Origin: a virus
Lineage: Duplodnaviria; Caudoviricetes
Strand: one strand, 5' to 3'
DNA length: 27,843 nucleotides
IMG/VR virus record: IMGVR_UViG_3300049167_000039
Span: 1-27,843 of that record
A program made the translations under genes and the position numbers. Of this stretch, positions 19,801-26,868 are shown piece by piece. Every line of letters begins with the position of its first letter. The stretch's first letter is position 1. Under the pieces are notes generated by a model. The model saw only the letters and a program-made list of their open reading frames with translations, had not been told where the DNA came from and ran no database searches.

Positions 19801-21153
19801 ATGCTTCTAGAATTGACTACAGGAATCACAGTAGCTTCAGTTTTTGGAATTGCTAAATTAAAGCAAGATGGACGGTCAAGGGACGATGCAAAAAAGATAA
19901 AACAAATTGCTGACAATAATGGATTAAAAAAAGATGGTCAATCAATCATCATCAAAAGACGAGATCCACTAAACCGAAAAAAGAATAAGCTCTATGCTGA
20001 GTACATTTATCAAATTCCATTAGGCTTGTCATTTGATGACTTCATGGATAAATTCGCTAAGTTTGAGGATGGCTTGAATAATAAGAAAACCTTGTACTCG
20101 ATTACCTTATCCGATATTAAGAATATTAACTTTAAAAAATTACGAACTATTAGAACTTGGAAAGGTAAGGCAGAGTATCTACAAAAAATCATCAAAGAAA
20201 AACATCTAATTAGAAAATCAATCGATATGTCCTATGATGGGATGCTAAGAGTAAAAGTTTATGAAAGTGACATGCCAAATAAGGTTGAATTTGATTCTGA
20301 GAAGTGGAAGAAGTGTAAAGGATGGAATATGCCACTTGGAGAGACGAGAGAAGGAACAGTATTCATTGATCTAGCTAAAGGACATTTTATCGTAGCTGGT
20401 GCAACTACGTTCGGTAAATCAGCTTTGCTAAAACTTCTTATAAGTACTCTGTTAAATAACAAACCAGATGAGACAATGTTAACCTTAATTGACTTAAAGG
20501 GTGGACTTGAGATGATGTACTTTGAGGACTGTAAACAAACAGTAAACTTCAAGGACGATTTAGAAGGTGCTGTAGAAGTTTTAAAACGGATTAAAGAGGA
20601 TGTTCAAGCAAGACAGCAACACTTGAGAGAAAAGAAATTTAATAATGTTCATAAAGCAGGCATAAAACAACGTCATTTCATTATTGTTGATGAAGCTAGT
20701 GAACTTGCACCTTCACAAGTCCCATCTCAATACAAGGAGCTTGCAAAAGAAGCACAGGCATACATGAGTTTTATCACTCGTATCGGTCACTCAATGGGGT
20801 ATACGCTAATCTACAGTACACAATATCCAGTCGGTGATGTAATGCCAAATCAGATAAAAGCCAATTCAGCAACTACACTTTGCTTTCGATTAGAAACAGA
20901 CACTCAATCTGAAACTGTACTTGATCAAACAGGAGCAGAGCTTATCCAATATCAAGGAAGATGTATCTATCGTACACCAGAAGGAAGAAAACTTGTTCAA
21001 ACTTACCTCATAAATGATGACACTATTAATGATGTTGTCACTCCAAACACTGTTATCAGACCTCGAAAGGATGAAGAGAATGCAGAAGTATGCGAAGAGA
21101 GAACAGAAGATAGATGCGATATTGCAATCTTTGAAGACACTGAACTATCTTAG
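19801..21153 (+). CDS. FtsK/SpoIIIE-family ATPase (coupling-protein-like)
   Basis: Walker A IVAGATTFGKS, LIDLKGGLE, Walker B IIVDEA, STQYP, QGRCIY; short hydrophobic N-terminus. Confidence 0.93.
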   Translation: MLLELTTGITVASVFGIAKLKQDGRSRDDAKKIKQIADNNGLKKDGQSIIIKRRDPLNRKKNKLYAEYIYQIPLGLSFDDFMDKFAKFEDGLNNKKTLYSITLSDIKNINFKKLRTIRTWKGKAEYLQKIIKEKHLIRKSIDMSYDGMLRVKVYESDMPNKVEFDSEKWKKCKGWNMPLGETREGTVFIDLAKGHFIVAGATTFGKSALLKLLISTLLNNKPDETMLTLIDLKGGLEMMYFEDCKQTVNFKDDLEGAVEVLKRIKEDVQARQQHLREKKFNNVHKAGIKQRHFIIVDEASELAPSQVPSQYKELAKEAQAYMSFITRIGHSMGYTLIYSTQYPVGDVMPNQIKANSATTLCFRLETDTQSETVLDQTGAELIQYQGRCIYRTPEGRKLVQTYLINDDTINDVVTPNTVIRPRKDEENAEVCEERTEDRCDIAIFEDTELS

Positions 21154-21670
21154 TCGTTCACAAATCCAGACGTTACATGATTTAAAAGGTGATAGAAATG
21201 CACAAAAGTTTTTGAAGTCGATGGATGAATATTTGAACTCATTTAGAGATGGAGAAACAATCTATTACTTATCCAAAGAGGGAAGGGAACGTGTTGATTG
21301 TCCAAGAGTTATTAAGAAAACAACTACAGCGCGCCACTATATCATGCGTAACGCTTTGTACATTGCATTCGGTGAACCTGAGACATGGAGAAATGAGCAA
21401 CGTGTAAGACATAAAGTGGCTACTATCATATGTGATGCAACGTTTGTGGATGGAGGTACACGTTATCTAATTGAAATTGATCATGAACAAAAAATGACTG
21501 CTAATAAAATTAAGATGGAAAAGTATCGGAAACTTATTGAAGCTAATGCTTTTGGTAATAACCCTGTTCAAATTGTTTGGATGACTACGACTGAGTATAG
21601 ACGTAAGCAGTTAGAAAAGCTTTGTGAAAGTTTGAATGCACAAATTTTTATTATTACGGATTTCCAATAA
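21080..21670 (+). CDS. Replication-relaxation (Replic_Relax, MOBC-like) protein
   Basis: N-terminal wHTH-like LSRSQIQTLH..YYLSKEG, HYIMRN, PD-(D/E)xK-like CDATF..YLIEID..K..KY; ATG 21080 after SD AAGGA; overlaps ftsK 3' end. Confidence 0.85.
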   Translation: MQKYAKREQKIDAILQSLKTLNYLSRSQIQTLHDLKGDRNAQKFLKSMDEYLNSFRDGETIYYLSKEGRERVDCPRVIKKTTTARHYIMRNALYIAFGEPETWRNEQRVRHKVATIICDATFVDGGTRYLIEIDHEQKMTANKIKMEKYRKLIEANAFGNNPVQIVWMTTTEYRRKQLEKLCESLNAQIFIITDFQ

Positions 21671-21682
21671 AATATTTAGGAG

Positions 21683-22108
21683 ATGGTTAATATGTTTACA
21701 TCTAAGAAGATTCAAACGGTTGGTACAGTAAAAGAGTTTTTAAATTCCTCAACACCTACTTCCTCTAAGAAAGATATCGTTCCAATGTTAGCTACAGGTT
21801 CAACACTTCCTCTAATCTTCAGTGCAATGCCTACATTCTCATTTGCTGAATCAATTACTGCTAGTGCATCAGTTAAAGCAGACGTATCACAAAAGATCAT
21901 TACAGCATTCCAGCCACTTACTGACCTGGTTCAAGGCTTGAGCTACCCTATTACATTCTTAGTTTTCAGTGCAGCAGGCATCTATTGGTTAATTGGGAAT
22001 CGTCCTAAAGCAGTTGAAATGCTTCAAGGTGCAACGATTGGTTACATCTTAGTACAACTATCTCCATTGCTTATGCGCTTATTAGTATCAGTTACAGCAG
22101 GATTTTAA
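21683..22108 (+). CDS. Membrane protein, TrbC/VirB2 pilin-like architecture
   Basis: Signal-peptide-like segment ending TFSFA, then two hydrophobic helices joined by basic loop GNRPKA; SD AGGAG. Confidence 0.65.
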   Translation: MVNMFTSKKIQTVGTVKEFLNSSTPTSSKKDIVPMLATGSTLPLIFSAMPTFSFAESITASASVKADVSQKIITAFQPLTDLVQGLSYPITFLVFSAAGIYWLIGNRPKAVEMLQGATIGYILVQLSPLLMRLLVSVTAGF

Positions 22109-22121
22109 GGGGGATTGCAGT

Positions 22122-22469
22122 ATGTGGGGCAAGGTTCAAACCGTTGGAGCAATTGGAGATTTCATGAATAAAGGGGATATGATAGGAACTGCTGCCCCTT
22201 TTGAATCTGTATTAGATTGGGCGTTACATCCAGTCGAACAGACTAAAGAAATGGGTACGAACGCTATGTATGAGCATGTCGAACCGTTCTTAGATATTTT
22301 ATGTGTCGTTTCTACACCAATTGCAAGTATCGTCATGAGCATCGCTGGATTACTGTATATTCTGAGTTTTAGAGAGAAAAGTATGTCATGGATAACCAAA
22401 ACAGGCTTAACTTACGTGATCATTCAACTGTTGCCAATGCTGATAAAATCAGTGTTACAAATGATGTAA
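22122..22469 (+). CDS. Membrane protein, paralogue of the upstream gene
   Basis: KVQTVGAIGDFMN versus KIQTVGTVKEFLN; YVIIQLLPMLI versus YILVQLSPLLM; two TM helices. Confidence 0.7.
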   Translation: MWGKVQTVGAIGDFMNKGDMIGTAAPFESVLDWALHPVEQTKEMGTNAMYEHVEPFLDILCVVSTPIASIVMSIAGLLYILSFREKSMSWITKTGLTYVIIQLLPMLIKSVLQMM

Positions 22470-22470
22470 A

Positions 22471-22497
22471 GCAGCTTAATTTTAAGCTGTTCTTTTT
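22471..22497 (+). terminator. Intrinsic terminator ending the ftsK operon
   Basis: GCAGCTT-AATTTT-AAGCTGT followed by TCTTTTT. Confidence 0.7.
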
Positions 22498-22501
22498 CAG
22501 T

Positions 22502-22667
22502 TAAAAGTAAATTAATTATAAAATCACATTTACATAGCCATTTCCCACAAAAAACACTCCATTTTCATGTAATTTCAACCAGTTTTGGAAGATAAAGTTA
22601 TTAAAAAGGGACTGTAAATGCTTTGAAAGGCTATTATGACGTTAGATAAAAGTAAATTAATTATAAA
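22502..22667. repeat. Exact 21-bp direct repeat TAAAAGTAAATTAATTATAAA x2
   Basis: Copies at 22502-22522 and 22647-22667. Confidence 0.85.
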
Positions 22668-22685
22668 TGATAAAAAAACCATCAT

Positions 22686-22714
22686 TTGACAAATATTTAG
22701 GTGCGATTTATTCT
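22686..22714 (+). promoter_or_regulatory. SigA promoter upstream of small ORF and serine recombinase
   Basis: TTGACA-N17-TATTCT. Confidence 0.7.
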
Positions 22715-22765
22715 TGATACTTGAATTCAATAACAGGATGAAGTACACCATAGAAAGGAGAAATA

Positions 22766-22933
22766 ATGGGAAAGATTAACCGTTTGAAGTCAGCAAATTT
22801 CAATTATGTTAAATCATCTGAAGAAAAAAAAGAAAAAATAACACAAATTATAGAGCTTATAATGAACGATTATATAAATAAAAATTATCCTAAAAAGAGT
22901 ACAATTGAAGAAGGAAGGAAAGGTTATGAATGA
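22766..22933 (+). CDS. 55-aa hypothetical protein (not in ORF track), candidate recombinase accessory factor
   Basis: SD AGAAAGGAG; MGKINRLKSANFNYVKSSEEKKEKITQIIELIMNDYINKNYPKKSTIEEGRKGYE; 3' end overlaps the recombinase ATG. Confidence 0.7.
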   Translation: MGKINRLKSANFNYVKSSEEKKEKITQIIELIMNDYINKNYPKKSTIEEGRKGYE

Positions 22934-24632
22934 ATATCAGAGCTTATTCAGTGATATGTCGAGTAGACCAAAGAGAAAAGGCAATGTAATTAATAAAGCT
23001 GAAAAGAAAAAAGAGAAGTGTGGCATCCTCGTTCGTGTATCTACAGATATGCAAGTGGAAGACGGAGATTCAATCCAAATGCAAAAAGAACTAGCTGGAG
23101 ATATTGTTACTAAGAATGAAGGGGTAATACATGATTGGTATATTGAAGAAGGTATCTCAGCATCAAAGAATAGAATCGCTCAACGTCCAGAGTTACAGAG
23201 ATTGTTAGATGACATTGAATCAGGAATAGTTACTAAATTAGTAGCTTATAAACGTGATAGGTTGACTCGTAACACAGGTGATTGGTTACAGATACTTGAG
23301 ATATGTGCGAAGAATCAATGTGACATTATTTTCTCAGCATCAGGTGAAGCACAATTATTTAATGATCCTGTATATGGAAAAGTATTTGAAACTATTCTAG
23401 GCTCAATATCTGAAATGGAATCAGCCAATACATCTATGCGTGTACGAGACACAATGAGTAGTTTAGCTAAAAGTGGAGAATGGACAGGTGGAACTTTACC
23501 TTATGGCTATGTAAAGAATGAATATGATCAAATTGAAATTGAAGAAGATAAAGTTGCTATAGTAGATGAGATTGTGGATTTATACTTAAGTGGATTAGGG
23601 CTTTATTCAATTGTTAAATGGCTAAATGGGGAACTTGTTAAAACTTTAGGTAGACGTGAAGGTGGAGCAGTTAAAAAAGAAGCTGCACATAAAGCACGAG
23701 TTGCACATTGGACTAAGTCATCTCTTGAATCAGTATTGTTTAATCCTTTCTATGCTGGAATTATAGAATATTCGAAAGAAGGACATAAAGCATATCAGAA
23801 AGACGAGGACAAATTTGTTCGTGCAAAGGGTAAACATCCTGCTATGCGTACACTTGAAAAGCAACGTGAAATTTACAAGGTGAGGGAAAAGAAATCATTA
23901 CGTCCTGCTAGATCATATAATACAACATTTTTATTTTCAGATTTATTATACTGTGGGTATTGTGGAGAAAAGTATCAACCTAGAAATACAACAAAAAACA
24001 ATAATCGATATAGTTACTATTGTTGTTCAAGTAGGCAAAATTCAAGTAAGACCGCAACCGGTCATCATTGTTTAAATAAGAATTATAAAAAGGAAATTCT
24101 TGAGGACTTTTTAATAAGTGAATTAAAAAAATTCTTCAAGAAAATTAAATTAGATTCGATGTCTAAATCTTTGCACAAGAATTTTGAAAAGCAAAAGAGT
24201 GTATTGAAAAATTCAATTTCTGCAAATGAATTAAATTTAAAACGTTTGATTCAAGATGAGTCAAAAATTGTACGATTAATATTAGATATAAATCCAAAAA
24301 ATCCTATGTATGCACTTTTGAAAGAAAAATATGAAATAAAGTATACGCATATTCTTGCGGAAATTGCTGAGAAAAAGAAAGTAATATCGGAATTGAATTC
24401 TCAATTAAATGAACACGTAAATAGACGGGATAGTAAAGAACTTAAGCTTACTCTGATAGCAGAAATCACTCATGACTTTTCAAAAGGAATAGATGTAACA
24501 TCAATGCAGAAAAAGAGAATTTTATTAACAGAGCTAATTAATAAAATAACTATCAATGTCAATGGAGATTGTGAAATAGAATTGTATGACCTTTCAGACA
24601 TAGGAACCAATTCAAAGGAAAAAAATAAATAA
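22926..24632 (+). CDS. Large serine recombinase (integrase)
   Basis: Catalytic RVSTDMQ, YKRDRLTRN, GGTLPYGY, NPFYAG, zinc ribbon CGYCG..YYCC..C and long coiled coil; ATG 22926 preferred over TTG 22905. Confidence 0.95.
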   Translation: MNEYQSLFSDMSSRPKRKGNVINKAEKKKEKCGILVRVSTDMQVEDGDSIQMQKELAGDIVTKNEGVIHDWYIEEGISASKNRIAQRPELQRLLDDIESGIVTKLVAYKRDRLTRNTGDWLQILEICAKNQCDIIFSASGEAQLFNDPVYGKVFETILGSISEMESANTSMRVRDTMSSLAKSGEWTGGTLPYGYVKNEYDQIEIEEDKVAIVDEIVDLYLSGLGLYSIVKWLNGELVKTLGRREGGAVKKEAAHKARVAHWTKSSLESVLFNPFYAGIIEYSKEGHKAYQKDEDKFVRAKGKHPAMRTLEKQREIYKVREKKSLRPARSYNTTFLFSDLLYCGYCGEKYQPRNTTKNNNRYSYYCCSSRQNSSKTATGHHCLNKNYKKEILEDFLISELKKFFKKIKLDSMSKSLHKNFEKQKSVLKNSISANELNLKRLIQDESKIVRLILDINPKNPMYALLKEKYEIKYTHILAEIAEKKKVISELNSQLNEHVNRRDSKELKLTLIAEITHDFSKGIDVTSMQKKRILLTELINKITINVNGDCEIELYDLSDIGTNSKEKNK

Positions 24633-24698
24633 TTGAAATAATAACAAAAATAACCTCTTTCATGTAGTATTATAGACATAATAAAGGGGCTGATTAAT

Positions 24699-25346
24699 AT
24701 GGGAGAAAATTCACTAAAAAAAGAAGAACTGAACGAGATATTGTCAGATAATAAGGCTACAAAAGAAGAACAGTTAATGCAACAACTTGAAGTAATATCT
24801 TCTCACCAGCTTTTGATAGAATTCTCAGGGGGAGCAGAACCACCAAAGGAAGACTTGAAAATGATTGAAGAAGTTATGGTTAATCAAAAACTTTCCCAAG
24901 GTGTGATAAATGTCTTAATCTATTATGTTATGTTGAGAACAGATATGAAACTGTCTAGAAGATATTTTGAAAAGATTGCTGGACATTGGGCTAGAAAAAA
25001 AGTTCACACAGTTCAAGAAGCAATGAATTTAGTAAAAACTGAAGATAAGCAGTATCAATACTGGCAAAAAACAAAAAACAATCATAATTCAAATAAGAAA
25101 ATAGATAATTCAATATATCAACGTGAGTTGTATAAAAGAAGCATCGAGCGTAGGTATGGCTTTGATAAAGCGATAATCAATTTAATTCTTGATTATACAG
25201 ATGATATTAACGATGGATTGTTTCCAAAGTGGTTTGTCATTAGCTTATCAGACTTCCTACAAAAGCATGATCTAAAAGAATTTATAGAAGCTGAACAACT
25301 AATTAGAGATTTCCATAAGAAATATGTATTAAATTTCGGAAAATAA
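24699..25346 (+). CDS. DnaD/DnaB_2 (DDBH2) domain protein resembling the C-terminus of Bacillus DnaB
   Basis: GVINVLIYYVMLRTDMKLSRRYFEKIAGHWARKKVHTVQEAM closely matches my recollection of the B. subtilis DnaB C-terminal domain; lacks the DnaB N-terminal half. Confidence 0.82.
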   Translation: MGENSLKKEELNEILSDNKATKEEQLMQQLEVISSHQLLIEFSGGAEPPKEDLKMIEEVMVNQKLSQGVINVLIYYVMLRTDMKLSRRYFEKIAGHWARKKVHTVQEAMNLVKTEDKQYQYWQKTKNNHNSNKKIDNSIYQRELYKRSIERRYGFDKAIINLILDYTDDINDGLFPKWFVISLSDFLQKHDLKEFIEAEQLIRDFHKKYVLNFGK

Positions 25347-25356
25347 GGTGACTGCT

Positions 25357-25914
25357 ATGTTAATACGTACTCATGCAAAAGAAAGATATGTTGAAAGGAT
25401 CTTAAAGATTACTAACAAAAAAGAAGTTAAAGAATATATTAAAAATAATGAGTTCGAGATATCCTTTCGAATAATGGAAATGTTAAATGATTCAGAGCTT
25501 TTACATAGTAGTTATGCTGTATCTAGAGGGAAGAATACCTACTCATATTATGTTTTAAATAACCTCCTAATTGTTGTGCATGCCAATGGTAAAGAGATAA
25601 TAACAATTTATGATTTAATATTAGATGCAAAAGAAGAATCGAATTTAAGATTGATTAAGCAACATATTAAAGAAATTAAGAAGAACATTCAAAGAATCAA
25701 TCTTAAGGAAAGTGAAAAGAGTCATCAAGATAAAGAGACTGATAACATTGAATATATGATTAAAAAAACTCGAGAACAACTTCAAAACCTTGAAAGCTTA
25801 AGAGAACAGTCCATTGAAAGATGTAAAAATCGAGTTCATGAAATTAAACAAATACGTTACGAAAATAGAGAGCTAATGGAAAACTTAATGTTTGGTTTTA
25901 GACAATTTAAATAA
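25357..25914 (+). CDS. Hypothetical protein: N-terminal THAKERY (DUF4258/RelE-like?) domain plus C-terminal coiled coil
   Basis: ATG 25357 after SD AAGGTG overlapping the upstream stop; IRTHAKERYVER ... LLIVV....IITIY pattern; heptad-rich C-terminus. Confidence 0.6.
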   Translation: MLIRTHAKERYVERILKITNKKEVKEYIKNNEFEISFRIMEMLNDSELLHSSYAVSRGKNTYSYYVLNNLLIVVHANGKEIITIYDLILDAKEESNLRLIKQHIKEIKKNIQRINLKESEKSHQDKETDNIEYMIKKTREQLQNLESLREQSIERCKNRVHEIKQIRYENRELMENLMFGFRQFK

Positions 25915-25922
25915 ACCTAACT

Positions 25923-26705
25923 TTAAGCAATTAGCATTTTCCATTCTGCATTTAAAAATTGTTCGCAAACTTTATAAAAATAGCCATAGATATTTCTGAT
26001 ATAGTAGCCTAATTTCATGTTTACGATACATTGTTTAAAAGTACGTATACCCAACCAACACTTATCTAATCCAGCGTAATAATCTACATAGTCTTCAATA
26101 AATTCATTGTAGTGTTGAGTCAGGTTACGGACGCATTTCCAGAGCTCTATAGTTTCTCTAGGAGTATATCCATAAGCCATTACTAAAGATGAAAATTCAA
26201 TAGGAATACCTTTGATTACATTGTCTTTACGTATATTAATATTAAGATTATTAGTTTTAAAAAGATTACTAGTTTCTGCTGGTCCAATTTGTTCCCGTTG
26301 CAGTGGTTCAATTAAGTCTTGTAAAGAATTTAAATTACTTTCTTTTGTTGACTGATAACAGTTAAACACATATACAGAATGACCTTGTTTACCATTATTG
26401 AACGTATGATGAATTGTAATAAGGCTCATTTCTTGCGCCTTTAATAACATACGCTTAAATGATGATCGTGAAATTCCAAAATTGTTATTATGAGTAGCAG
26501 AAACGATTGTGCCGATTTTAGCATTACATACACCAAATACACTTGCAGAAAAGCGCACAAGACGTTTTAAAGCAATTAATTCAGATTTAGTAAGTAATTT
26601 TTGTTGATGGATATCTAAATACCATTGCTCCATTGATGAGTTAAATCCTTTAAGACTTTTGAAGTTGGATAGATGCTGAAAGTTACTAATGTGTCCAGAT
26701 TTCAT
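25923..26705 (-). CDS. Winged-HTH protein, putative replication initiator of an integrative element
   Basis: LTKSELIAL..GVCNAKIGTI..GISRSSFKRML..LITI..VYVF wHTH, N/K-rich linker, C-terminal IRNIYGYF motif; ATG 26705 after SD GGAGG. Confidence 0.65.
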   Translation of the reverse strand: MKSGHISNFQHLSNFKSLKGFNSSMEQWYLDIHQQKLLTKSELIALKRLVRFSASVFGVCNAKIGTIVSATHNNNFGISRSSFKRMLLKAQEMSLITIHHTFNNGKQGHSVYVFNCYQSTKESNLNSLQDLIEPLQREQIGPAETSNLFKTNNLNINIRKDNVIKGIPIEFSSLVMAYGYTPRETIELWKCVRNLTQHYNEFIEDYVDYYAGLDKCWLGIRTFKQCIVNMKLGYYIRNIYGYFYKVCEQFLNAEWKMLIA

Positions 26706-26760
26706 TATTAAGCCCTCCATAAATATGGTTTTTGGGCATAATCAAATAAGCTTAAAATCA

Positions 26761-26789
26761 TTGATTTTTTTAAGCAAGTATTTTACACT
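26761..26789 (+). promoter_or_regulatory. SigA-like promoter oriented antisense to the int/HTH genes
   Basis: TTGATT-N17-TACACT. Confidence 0.55.
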
Positions 26790-26795
26790 AAATGT

Positions 26796-26862
26796 AGTGA
26801 AGTCAGTGTGTATTTGATTATGCACAACGGAGAGAGTGTGGGTGCAACCATACTCTCTTTTT
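26796..26862 (+). ncRNA. Putative ~65-nt antisense (counter-transcript) RNA
   Basis: Bounded by a plus-strand promoter and a plus-strand terminator, while both flanking genes are on the minus strand; 5' end estimated. Confidence 0.5.
26831..26862 (+). terminator. Plus-strand intrinsic terminator
   Basis: AGAGAGTGTGG-GTGCAA-CCATACTCTCT then TTTTGTTTG; the G.U pair and T-tract both specify plus-strand polarity. Confidence 0.7.
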
Positions 26863-26868
26863 GTTTGT

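Larger units (their letters stand above)
1..22497 (+). mobile_element. Prophage / temperate siphophage: morphogenesis, lysis and post-lysis accessory arm (left end outside window; right boundary uncertain, may extend further)
   Basis: Canonical co-oriented order terL-portal-protease-capsid-neck-tail tube-TAC-TMP-Dit-Tal-holin-endolysin with no visible disruptions. Confidence 0.9.

Noticed and set aside
22518-22567. Tiny minus-strand ORFs (10-12 aa) between the 21-bp repeats
   Set aside because: Too short to support; no signal peptide or arbitrium-like context.
22502-22667. 21-bp repeat as a mini CRISPR array or dif site
   Set aside because: Only two copies, a 124-bp spacer, no cas genes, and no resemblance to the Bacillus dif sequence.
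24699-25346. Calling this the chromosomal dnaB gene or a pseudogene
   Set aside because: About half the length, has its own SD and start plus a distinct C-terminal domain, and lacks nrdR/dnaI neighbours.
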